Assembly: GCA_051652765.1 (NCBI GenBank)
Contig: JBOFUV010000113.1
Coordinates: 1-36,912 of the forward strand
Length of the DNA stretch: 36,912 nucleotides
Source: Microcoleaceae cyanobacterium
GTDB taxonomy: Bacteria; Cyanobacteriota; Cyanobacteriia; Cyanobacteriales; Microcoleaceae
Direction: 5' to 3'
Shown here: piece after piece, positions 27,973 through 36,683 of the stretch
Layout of the letters: every line of letters starts with the position of its first letter
Position numbering within the stretch: the first letter of the stretch is position 1
Notes under the pieces: model-generated
Databases searched by the model: none
The model's input: the letters and a program-made list of their open reading frames with translations, nothing else
Told to the model about the DNA's origin: nothing
Made by a program: the position numbers and the translations under genes

Positions 27973-29301
27973 CTACAAATAACGACAAAGACGGCGAGTG
28001 AACAAGCTATTGCGAGCGCAATTACTGCTGCCGGTTTCCCGATCTGCTGCCGCCATAATCCGGTCAACTTCCTCAGCAACGACTCGCTCTAAATGGGTCA
28101 GTTGAATCCGGTCAGTGTAGTAGCTTGCTAGCTGGAAAACTGGATGTTTTAAGCTGGTCAGTAACCGTTGTTGAACATCCTGCCGCATTGCTGTTAACTG
28201 CAACAACCGGGACACCTGATATTGTTTGCTGAGTCCAATCTGTTTGGCAATTGTTGCCATGGGTTGACCCTGACAGTGAAGGCGCAACCCTTTAAGAAAG
28301 TTCAGATCCTTGGGAGGTGTGCGTTTCAGGTAATTTACCCGGTCATTCAAGACCTGCTGGATGGCTTTATCAAGCTGATCCATGAGCACCTGACGATAAC
28401 GCTGCAAAAATTCCTGTATTTCCTGCTCTGTCTCATCTAGAGGGGACTTGTCGGGGTAGATGTCATCAGGTGGGGGCTCTAGCTTGGGTTGGCGTTGCCG
28501 GATTAACTCGGCGATGGCCGCCAATTGCTCCAGCAAACGATCGGGGCGGTAATTGGCAATCCCTTTTTCCACCAGATTTGCTACCATGCGATCCAACTGC
28601 TGAGGGGTGGGGGTTTGACAGCGAGAACAGGAACGCTGTTGCAGCCGATCTGCCAGGTAAACTGTTTGATAGCTGTCCAGGATTTCAGCAGCTCGATTGG
28701 CTGTGATCTGGGAGTAGCCGTGGACTTGAGTGAGTAGACGTTCTAACTGGCGAGGATGGTGATTGTTCAGAATTGCCCAGTCACTCCTCAGATAGACTCC
28801 GCATTCTCCTAGAAAATAGACCAAGTCTTCATGGGATTTTACCAGTCGAACTGTCCAGGTACTGAGTTGGGCTCGTTCAGGGTTGAAGGTGCGGAGGATT
28901 TTATTGGCGAGAGATTCATAGCTTGAGGCCGGTTTGGGGCTTGAGCGCGGTAACAGTTCAAAGTCATCCAGTACCAGGGATAACAAGTCGGCAGATCTGA
29001 AGCCACCTTCCTTCCCAAAGCACTGGAACAGATCCGAACAGGTCTGGTCAATCTGGTAGGAGATGAAGCACCGCAAACAGGCTTCAGCTCCAGATTGGTG
29101 GGCTGAATTCTCGGCTGAGGGTTCAGAACGGAACCAGTCTATCAGTTGGCGCTGAATGGCTGCGTCTGGAACTTTGTCTGAGTCAACCCATTCAGAGAAT
29201 TGTTGTCCAAAGAAGGCTTTAGCCTCTGGAATTTCTTCTTGCTGGCGATCGCCCGCCCCGTTCAATCTGACCCACTGCCAATATCGCAATGCAGAACCCA
29301 T
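27973..29301 (-). CDS. Sigma-70-like / HetZ-related DNA-binding regulator
   Basis: Region-2-like ILRTFNPERAQLSTWTVRLV and C-terminal HTH GQPMATIAKQIGLSKQYQVSRLL; directly upstream of DUF1822; ATG 29301 (ORF track start 29322). Confidence 0.65.
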   Translation of the reverse strand: MGSALRYWQWVRLNGAGDRQQEEIPEAKAFFGQQFSEWVDSDKVPDAAIQRQLIDWFRSEPSAENSAHQSGAEACLRCFISYQIDQTCSDLFQCFGKEGGFRSADLLSLVLDDFELLPRSSPKPASSYESLANKILRTFNPERAQLSTWTVRLVKSHEDLVYFLGECGVYLRSDWAILNNHHPRQLERLLTQVHGYSQITANRAAEILDSYQTVYLADRLQQRSCSRCQTPTPQQLDRMVANLVEKGIANYRPDRLLEQLAAIAELIRQRQPKLEPPPDDIYPDKSPLDETEQEIQEFLQRYRQVLMDQLDKAIQQVLNDRVNYLKRTPPKDLNFLKGLRLHCQGQPMATIAKQIGLSKQYQVSRLLQLTAMRQDVQQRLLTSLKHPVFQLASYYTDRIQLTHLERVVAEEVDRIMAAADRETGSSNCARNSLFTRRLCRYL

Positions 29302-29391
29302 AAGAATTTGAATAACCTCCAACGTTAGCGTATCGGTTTTCGTCCAGTTCTACATATTTAGGGCGGGGTAAACTTATGCAATTTAAAAGTT

Positions 29392-29503
29392 ATATAAAAT
29401 CCGGTTGAATAACTGTAGAAAAAGGAGGTGAAGGGGCCAGCCCCCCTCGTGGAGGCTGGCCCCTTCACCTCCCTAATCACCAGCAATCAGCTGGATTTTA
29501 TAT
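29392..29503. mobile_element. MITE/REPIN-like element, 112 bp, with 17-bp imperfect terminal inverted repeats and an internal 19-bp palindrome
   Basis: ATATAAAATCCGGTTGA (29392-29408) vs reverse complement of 29487-29503 ATATAAAATCCAGCTGA, 15/17; related end at 18266. Confidence 0.55.
29418..29472 (-). terminator. Terminator-like GC-rich hairpin followed by T5 on the minus strand
   Basis: GGAGGTGAAGGGGCCAGCC (29424-29442) pairs perfectly with 29454-29472, 11-nt loop, then TTTTTC on the minus strand. Confidence 0.6.
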
Positions 29504-29723
29504 TGCTGCTCATCGTTGCCGAGTTTTGCTCAAGCGCACTGACTTGGCTTAAGAATTGACGAACTTTCAATCGCCAGAGAAGATCAAGGAAACTTACCCA
29601 TGGAGATACTGGTAAGCCGGAGCTTTCAATATCTCCAACTTCCTTTAATGCATGGCTATTACTGCTTTTGAAGGGTATTGCGGGCTGATAAGGCGCAACA
29701 CTCAAATTGGAACAAAGGTCGGG

Positions 29724-31247
29724 TTAACTACCTAACTTCTTCTGAATCTCTGCATGTTTATCAACTCCTTCCAGAGCATAGCGATTGTAGCCATTCCGCT
29801 GGATGAATTCCTCCAAATACTGAACACGTGACTTAGGATTCGGGTGAGTTGAGAAATATTCGATCTGGGATTCGCTATTTTCACTCAAGGTTGCCATGAA
29901 GTTTCGTAAGCCATCGGCAGCATATCCGGCCCTAGCCAGAACCCGAGTTCCCATCATATCGGCACGTCGTTCTTGACCTCGATTAAACCGTAGATCAACC
30001 ATCTTGGTCACAAAATCACCAAATGGAATTTGGTTCGACAACTGACCGAGGGCATTTCCCCTCAGCATCCCCTGAATATTGTGGGACATGACAGAATGGG
30101 CTGCTTCGTGGGCTAGTAGTCCTGCCAGTTCCGCTTGAGAGTTTGCTGCCAAAATTGCACCTGTATTAACGAAAATTTTACCGCCAGGGAGGGCAAAAGC
30201 ATTGACACTGTTATCTCGGACAACAATGAACTCATAGTCAAACTCTCGCCCCATGAATTGGGCAACTTCCTTACCCAATCCATTGACGTATTCTAGAACT
30301 TCTGAATCTTCAACCAGAGAATATTGTTTCTTGTACTCGTCAGTAATTTTCGCACCAAATTCGGATTCGTCAGCCATCATCAGTTGAACAATCGAGATCG
30401 CTTCAGTGGCGGAATTCCAGGACTCCCAAGGGGGCTTTCCAGTCACAATACCAGTAACAATATTCACCACCCCTCCAAAGATTGACCTCCGTTTTTGAGC
30501 ACTAGAAAACTTATCGAATTCTTCCTTCGCAATGTTCTTAAACTCTTCCGCTTGAGGGTGATCTAGGTTTAAGATTGAGAACTCGCGGGCAGCAATCGCA
30601 GATTCCAAGTGTTTACCATCGTCTGATAGGGTTCTGACCAAGGCCATTACAACTTCGGCGGAGTTGGGGTAGAAGGTAACTAACTCCTCCAAAAGAGCAA
30701 TTGCTTCGTCTTCATCCCCGTCTTCGTTCAGCATTTCAGCCAGTTTCACCTGAGCCGGAATAAATCCGGGCTTCTGTTCTACTACTTGCCGTAGCATTTG
30801 AATTGCACCCTCTTTGTCGCTATTCTCAATTGCTTGTTGGGCGGTCTTCCATTGTTCTAAAATCTCAGTATCCAGTTCATCTTCTTCATAGATTGGTTCA
30901 GGAACTTCAGGAACTGAGACGGCCTCAAATTCTGGCTTGGCTTGACGATAGATTTTTTCAGCCTCAATCCTCTCACCTTGCCGATAAAGCTGATCTCCTT
31001 CCAAAAGCATGGCACGGGGTATGAGGGACGGCGTTACATCGCCACCCCCAGGCAAAATATTATCCGGTGCAACCTGATTTTGTTGAACAGGTTGGTCACT
31101 AAAGGGTGTGGTCACATTCTGTGACAACTCCTGTGCTGGTTCAGTTGAATGGGCAGGTTGGCTAAAGGTTGTAGGGAGTTGCCAGCTCCAACAGGTAAAC
31201 GCGATCGCTCCAAGAGCGACCATCAGCAAATACTGTAAACGTTTCAT
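29724..31247 (-). CDS. M48 family zinc metallopeptidase with TPR region (BepA/YfgC-like), exported
   Basis: Signal peptide, TPR-like helices, VNAFALPGG, ELAGLLAHEAAH (HExxH), QERRAD, YFSTHP...R. Confidence 0.9.
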   Translation of the reverse strand: MKRLQYLLMVALGAIAFTCWSWQLPTTFSQPAHSTEPAQELSQNVTTPFSDQPVQQNQVAPDNILPGGGDVTPSLIPRAMLLEGDQLYRQGERIEAEKIYRQAKPEFEAVSVPEVPEPIYEEDELDTEILEQWKTAQQAIENSDKEGAIQMLRQVVEQKPGFIPAQVKLAEMLNEDGDEDEAIALLEELVTFYPNSAEVVMALVRTLSDDGKHLESAIAAREFSILNLDHPQAEEFKNIAKEEFDKFSSAQKRRSIFGGVVNIVTGIVTGKPPWESWNSATEAISIVQLMMADESEFGAKITDEYKKQYSLVEDSEVLEYVNGLGKEVAQFMGREFDYEFIVVRDNSVNAFALPGGKIFVNTGAILAANSQAELAGLLAHEAAHSVMSHNIQGMLRGNALGQLSNQIPFGDFVTKMVDLRFNRGQERRADMMGTRVLARAGYAADGLRNFMATLSENSESQIEYFSTHPNPKSRVQYLEEFIQRNGYNRYALEGVDKHAEIQKKLGS

Positions 31248-31298
31248 GGTGAGTTTTCCCCCCGATAATTGTGTTGATTGCGATGAATTGAAAGTTCT

Positions 31299-32774
31299 CT
31301 AGGGACAGCGCAAGATGTAATTCCACAGTGTCCCAGACGTTTCTTGGTTCCCGGTCAGAATCACTTCCATGCGCCCAGATTGGCCGCTGTAGGGAATAGA
31401 CAGACGTTTGCTACCAGAGGTAAAGCCTGTATCCACTAGCTTCTTCCCTTCATAATTGATTTCCATGCGGTCGGGAACGCTGTACATTTCGTATTCGATC
31501 TTCAGTTCACCCTGATTGCTGCTCATTTGTATGGTACGCCTGTCCCCTTCTTGACCACCGCTCGCCTGTTCAAGATTACAAAAAGTCACTGGGCCTTGGC
31601 CGCTCGACAGACTAAAACTGGCTTCATTACACGCTGCAACCCGGAGATCATTCTCTTCATAGGAAGCAAATGCACAGAGAACTTCCATATCAATCGACTT
31701 CAAGGCAGCATCTCGATCAAAGGTCGTTACCTTGCCACTGCCAGAATTGGAGTGAACATATCGTTCTCCCTCCTTCAGCAATCGCAGTTCAGGTTCATTA
31801 CTAGAACGCACATTGATTGCACCCTGCAAAACATCTACTATCAAACCTGTGTCAGTATCTTGTGTCTGCACCAGGATTTCATCATCCTTCTGGTCTAAAA
31901 CCACATCATCAGGCGCTGGAGTGATTTCAAAATCCTGAGGTCTACTGACCCGGACGCTACAGGATTGTCCCTGATTTTGTTCTAGTAAACTTTCAATCTC
32001 CGCTTTGATCGTTTCTCCTGTCGCTTGGGCAACAACGGATTGATCTCCAGCACAAGTGAGTTGGGCCTTAAGCTGTTTCTCGGTCGTCCACCAGAATCCT
32101 GTGGTTGTCGCTTCACATTGGGTTGCTCCTGATTCTTGACAGCGTTGAACAGCGATCGCACAGGGATCATTAGAAGATGTCGAAGATGTCGTGGCAAAGC
32201 CTGTGCTACCATTCTCACCTATCGCACTACAGTAGAAAAACTGTCGCGCAGCAGTTTGAGCTATCGGGAAAGAGACAAGCTGAAATGGGGATGTGAGAGC
32301 TTTTTTGGGAGCAGAAGCAGTTCCTTCCATCACGGTCAATCCCTGTTCACAACCGCGCAGTCCATTTTTCACCAATCCCCAACCGATCAGATAATCACCT
32401 CCCTGAAGGCGGCAGGGAAAATGGTAGATTGCTTGATCTGAGTGCGAATTGGTCTGGATATACATATTCAGGTCTGTATTATCCGCCGCTAGGAATCTCA
32501 AAACAGCCCGTGCATTATTTGGGGGAGACGTGATTAGCGCGTCCCGAATCTGCCGCATAATCGAACCCACTTGGGCTGATTCGCGTTGACCGCTCCGACG
32601 AATGAACAATTCACTCGTACTGCCTAAAATATTACTAATTGTAGTTTTCTCGGGAATTGTGGCCCGCATCGGGCAATTGGCCAAGACAGCAAAAACAGCG
32701 ACAGTCAAGGCTGAAACCCGCCACCATTGTTTGCCCTTTCGAGTAGGCTGTGGGTCAATCGGTTCTTGATTCAT
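31299..32774 (-). CDS. Exported Cys-rich protein with FecR-like segments and a C-terminal beta-sandwich domain
   Basis: N-terminal hydrophobic segment; AQVG....DALIT...ARAVLRF and VDVLQGAINV...LKEGERY resemble FecR-domain ends; C-terminal YEMYSVPDRM...DTGF.SG...GTLWNY.L.CP. Confidence 0.5.
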   Translation of the reverse strand: MNQEPIDPQPTRKGKQWWRVSALTVAVFAVLANCPMRATIPEKTTISNILGSTSELFIRRSGQRESAQVGSIMRQIRDALITSPPNNARAVLRFLAADNTDLNMYIQTNSHSDQAIYHFPCRLQGGDYLIGWGLVKNGLRGCEQGLTVMEGTASAPKKALTSPFQLVSFPIAQTAARQFFYCSAIGENGSTGFATTSSTSSNDPCAIAVQRCQESGATQCEATTTGFWWTTEKQLKAQLTCAGDQSVVAQATGETIKAEIESLLEQNQGQSCSVRVSRPQDFEITPAPDDVVLDQKDDEILVQTQDTDTGLIVDVLQGAINVRSSNEPELRLLKEGERYVHSNSGSGKVTTFDRDAALKSIDMEVLCAFASYEENDLRVAACNEASFSLSSGQGPVTFCNLEQASGGQEGDRRTIQMSSNQGELKIEYEMYSVPDRMEINYEGKKLVDTGFTSGSKRLSIPYSGQSGRMEVILTGNQETSGTLWNYILRCP

Positions 32775-33056
32775 TGTTGCACATTAGTAAGCTTAAGAGT
32801 TTCTCAAGTGTTCCTTCGATGGATACATATATCCCAGCAGTCAGCCGTTATGCGTTTTGATACAAGGGTTGTTTTATAAATAACCGAATGAGCACTGAAT
32901 TTTTCAGGTTTTTTGGTTAAAAGTTATGGTACTCCTAAAAAGGAAAGGATTTTGCTGAAGGGGTTGTGTCTGTAGGACTTCATACACACCAGGGGGCAAC
33001 ACCCCCTAAGCCTCTAGTTTCCACTATACCACCGCCAAAATTATCACAATAGCCTC

Positions 33057-33560
33057 ATGCCTCAAGAGATATTCAAGCAATTCAAAGTAATTGGCCTAAC
33101 GCTGTCAATTGTCACATTCATTCCACTGAGTTCCGCAAGAACCGAAGACGGAGATGGAATTCCTCCGAATGCTATTGGTGATCCAGTAAGGAATTTGAAA
33201 ACACTACAAACTAAAAACCAATGTGCAGAATGCAATTTAACCAATCTTGACTTGAGCAATGCAGATTTAATTGGTGTCTTTTTACAGGGTGCTGATTTAT
33301 CAGGTTCAGATTTGCGGGGTGCTGACTTAGTTGGAGCTAATCTAGAATATGCTAATTTACAAAATACAAATTTGTCAGAAGCAGATTTAACAGATGCTAA
33401 CCTCCAGGGAGCAAATTTACAGGGGGCAAATTTACAGGGGGCAAATTTAAAAGATGTGACCTTGTGTAGAGATACTAATTTGACCGAGATTAATTTAACA
33501 GGTGCAAACCTAGAAGGGACAAATTTACCGAGTGGAGATTTAGGGGAGTGTTTGATTTGA
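33057..33560 (+). CDS. Exported pentapeptide repeat protein
   Basis: Signal peptide, QCAECNL cap and A(D/N)Lxx repeats. Confidence 0.9.
   Translation: MPQEIFKQFKVIGLTLSIVTFIPLSSARTEDGDGIPPNAIGDPVRNLKTLQTKNQCAECNLTNLDLSNADLIGVFLQGADLSGSDLRGADLVGANLEYANLQNTNLSEADLTDANLQGANLQGANLQGANLKDVTLCRDTNLTEINLTGANLEGTNLPSGDLGECLI
33405..33449 (+). repeat. 15-bp tandem repeat x3 encoding QGANL
   Basis: cagggagcaaattta / cagggggcaaattta / cagggggcaaattta. Confidence 0.85.
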
Positions 33561-36500
33561 GACTTGCAGTGAAACAGGGAATCGTCATTGCTTTACTCAT
33601 CTTTTTAGCTGGATTTACCGCTGCTGGTTTGACAACTGAGAATCCTAAGAATTTTACAGAACTTTGTCTTCAACGAGATCAATTGTCCAATTCTGAACAG
33701 CACACCGTTGAGGTACTGGTAGAAATTGCCGGACAGAAAGATTGTCAGGCAGCAAATGAGCAATTATTAAAGCTGACTCAGTTGGATTTAAGCGATCGCA
33801 GACTCTCCAATCTCAAGCCTTTATCTAGTCTAACTCAGCTTCAAAGTCTGCGACTCAATCAAAATCAAATTACTGATATTAGTCCTTTATCCAGCTTAGT
33901 CAATTTAACAAAACTGTACTTGGCTGATAATCAAATTGTTGACATACAACCAATTGTAAATTTTGAGAATTTAGAAACTCTCTATCTTGACAACAATCAG
34001 ATTCAAGATCTCAGCCCTATATCGAATTTAGAATCACTGCAAGTTCTTTATGGGAATGGCAATCAAATCGAAACCCTTGCTCCAATCAGAAATTTATCTA
34101 ATTTAACTGAGCTATACCTGGATAGTAATAAAGTTGCCGACACTCAACCCTTAGAATCCCTCCATCAACTGACTCATCTCAATCTAGGCAATAACCAAAT
34201 TATCAATCTTGAATCCATTGCATCTCTGGATCGCTTGCTGCAATTAAGTGTGAACGGTAATCAAATTTCTCGCATTGACTCTTTATCAAATCTAAAAAAC
34301 CTAACCACGCTTGATCTAAGAGATCTGCCAATTCCTCAAAAAACTTGTCCAGTCTATCCTGCGACAATCTGTTTATTCTCTGATGATGCGGCTGAACGGT
34401 ATGAAAAGGGTCAACAGGAAAGGGAACAAGGAGAATTCACAACTGCATTAAAAACCTTTGAAGCTGCGTTGCAGGTATATCGGAATGTTGGTCACACCCT
34501 GCGAGAAAGTGATGCCCTGGATCAGATTGGTATTGTCTACGATGAAAAAGGAGAGTATGCTAAGGCCCTGGATTACTATCAACAAGCCGCAGCTATTCGG
34601 GAAAGCATTGGCGATCGCCAAGGTCAAAGTGAAACCCTGACCTATCAAGGGGTTACCTACATTCGGATTGGGCAAACGGAAAAAGCAGTTGAATCACTTG
34701 AAAAAGCCTTGGAAATTTATCAGGGAATTAGTCAAGAACTGAGTAACAAAAATCGGAGTTGGCTTCGACAAAACCCACCAGAAAGTCGGATTTTCAGCAA
34801 TCTAACCTTGGCCTACAGCCGATTGGGCGATCAACCTAAGGCATTACAATTCGCGAAGCAAAGTTTAGCTAGTGCTCGAATCAATAATCCACCCAGCAAT
34901 AATCGCCGTGAAGAAATCATTGCCCTCAACCGAGTAGGGGAAGCTTATTTGAAAACGGGCAACCTGGAAATGGCTCAACTGTATCTGGACAAAGCATTCA
35001 GAATTAGTCAGGAACAACAGGATAATACTGGAATTGCCCGTAGCCTGAAAAATTTAGGTGATCTCTCTAGCCGTTTAGGCAAGACTGCAACGGCCCTAGA
35101 GCAGTACCAACAGGCACGGGATCTGCAACAAAATGATCCAGCTGCACAAGGGGAAACCCTGAATGCACTGGGTACACTGTTGCTAGAAATTGGACAATCG
35201 TACGAAGCTTCCACAGCCTTGAAATTAGCAGTTAATCGGTGGGAGACTCTCCGGCCAGGGCTAACAGATGCAGATAAAATCTCGATTGCCGAAATTCAAG
35301 CTCAAACCTACCGTTTACTTCAGCACGCTTTGATCGATCTCGGAGATGTCGAAGCGGCCCTGGAAATTTCTGAACGGGGTCGGGCGAGAGCATTTATAGA
35401 ATTGCTAGCCCATCGACTGGCTTTGCAGGGGCAGGCCGCGCCGTCAGATCGGGTTCAACAGCTTACAGTTACTCAGATTCAACAAATTGCCCAGGAGCAA
35501 AACGCGACACTCGTAGAATATTCTTTGATTGGAAAAGAGATCTATATTTGGGTGATCGAACCCACGGGAAAAATTCACTTCCGTTCTCGGCCCTTGGCCC
35601 AAGATTCAAAGGAGAAACCTGAGGTCAGCTCAGGCATCGAATCCCTAGCAACCTTGGTCGAAAGCAGTCGATTAGCCTTGGATATTCCTGGCCGAGGGAA
35701 CAGAACTGACGACGCAACTATTGTTTTCAAGGAGAGTCCGGAAAATCGGGATCGCAGACTTCAAGATCGGAGTCAAAAACTTCAACAACTTTATCGCTTG
35801 CTGATGCAGCCCATTGCCGATCTCCTACCCACCGATGGCAAAACCACAGTCATCATCATTCCTCAGGGAGAATTGTTCCTTGTTCCCTTCGCTGCCTTAC
35901 CAGATGAAAACGGCACGGATCTGATTGAAAAACATGCTCTGCTCTACAGTCCAGCCATTAGTCTCTTGGCCATTCAACCCCCTCAGCGTAATCCCCTTCA
36001 GGTTGGACAGGACTCCGCCTTGGTAGTGGGTAATCCCACGATGCCTGATGATCCGGCAACAGGAGCGCCACTCGAAGCTTTATCAGGAGCAGAAGAAGAA
36101 GCGCGAGAAATTGCCAACTTACTGAATACCCAACCGTTGATTGGTGAAGCAGCAACAAAAACTGCTGTACTGTCAAAGCTTAAGGATGCTGCGATCGCTC
36201 ATTTTGCCACCCACGGTTTGCTGGATGATTTTGCCACCCGTGTTCCTGGGGCACTGGCCTTGACCCCGACCTCAGATGATTCTGATTCCGGTTTCCTCAC
36301 GGCGGCTGAGATTCTGACGCTACCGCTGCAAGCTCGGCTAGTCGTTCTGAGTGCTTGCGATACCGGCAGAGGTCAGATCACAGGGGATGGTGTAGTTGGT
36401 CTGTCTCGCTCATTTCTGACTGCAGGGGTAGAGAGTGTGATTGTTTCCCTCTGGTCAGTGCCCGATGCACCAACGGCACAACTGATGACGGAATTCTATC

Positions 36501-36640
36501 GCCAACTCCAGAAGAATCCGAATCGGGCGGCTGCCTTACGTCAAGCCATGCTGGCAACCCGAGACAGTTATCCAGATCAACCATCAAGCTGGGCTGCATT
36601 TAGTCTATTTAGCCAGGGGACGGAGGACGACTATCAGTAA
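33548..36640 (+). CDS. Exported leucine-rich repeat - TPR - CHAT domain protein
   Basis: Signal-like N-terminus; about 9 internalin-type LRRs (LxxLxLxxNQIxDIxPL) with Cys caps; TPRs; ALEISERGRARAF; IIIPQGELFLVPFAAL; AHFATHG (His) and LVVLSACDTGRG (Cys); VIVSLWSV; WAAF. Confidence 0.92.
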   Translation: MFDLRLAVKQGIVIALLIFLAGFTAAGLTTENPKNFTELCLQRDQLSNSEQHTVEVLVEIAGQKDCQAANEQLLKLTQLDLSDRRLSNLKPLSSLTQLQSLRLNQNQITDISPLSSLVNLTKLYLADNQIVDIQPIVNFENLETLYLDNNQIQDLSPISNLESLQVLYGNGNQIETLAPIRNLSNLTELYLDSNKVADTQPLESLHQLTHLNLGNNQIINLESIASLDRLLQLSVNGNQISRIDSLSNLKNLTTLDLRDLPIPQKTCPVYPATICLFSDDAAERYEKGQQEREQGEFTTALKTFEAALQVYRNVGHTLRESDALDQIGIVYDEKGEYAKALDYYQQAAAIRESIGDRQGQSETLTYQGVTYIRIGQTEKAVESLEKALEIYQGISQELSNKNRSWLRQNPPESRIFSNLTLAYSRLGDQPKALQFAKQSLASARINNPPSNNRREEIIALNRVGEAYLKTGNLEMAQLYLDKAFRISQEQQDNTGIARSLKNLGDLSSRLGKTATALEQYQQARDLQQNDPAAQGETLNALGTLLLEIGQSYEASTALKLAVNRWETLRPGLTDADKISIAEIQAQTYRLLQHALIDLGDVEAALEISERGRARAFIELLAHRLALQGQAAPSDRVQQLTVTQIQQIAQEQNATLVEYSLIGKEIYIWVIEPTGKIHFRSRPLAQDSKEKPEVSSGIESLATLVESSRLALDIPGRGNRTDDATIVFKESPENRDRRLQDRSQKLQQLYRLLMQPIADLLPTDGKTTVIIIPQGELFLVPFAALPDENGTDLIEKHALLYSPAISLLAIQPPQRNPLQVGQDSALVVGNPTMPDDPATGAPLEALSGAEEEAREIANLLNTQPLIGEAATKTAVLSKLKDAAIAHFATHGLLDDFATRVPGALALTPTSDDSDSGFLTAAEILTLPLQARLVVLSACDTGRGQITGDGVVGLSRSFLTAGVESVIVSLWSVPDAPTAQLMTEFYRQLQKNPNRAAALRQAMLATRDSYPDQPSSWAAFSLFSQGTEDDYQ

Positions 36641-36683
36641 TTGACTGTTGAGGTTTGATGTTGGCCATTGTTGTTTAAATCAT

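Larger units (their letters stand above)
1201..36198. repeat. HIP1 octamer GCGATCGC dispersed across the window
   Basis: Seen at 1201, 1472, 7537, 8100, 8508, 8597, 15048, 15119, 17309, 21414, 23354, 23996, 29245, 31201, 32152, 33792, 34611 and 36191. Confidence 0.9.

Noticed and set aside
29487..29705. 72-aa minus-strand ORF
   Set aside because: TTG start without RBS, no motifs, and it ends inside the repeat element; a non-coding explanation fits better.
29510..29720. Group II intron or known housekeeping RNA (SRP, 6S, tmRNA, RNase P)
   Set aside because: No domain V or other diagnostic consensus was seen.
32821..32834. GGATA-CATA-TATCC palindrome in the divergent promoter region
   Set aside because: Only 5-bp arms, within chance expectation; cannot be supported without conservation data.
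1419..36603. Numerous 60-125 aa ORFs nested in or antisense to long genes
   Set aside because: Shadow ORFs of well-supported CDSs with no independent motifs.
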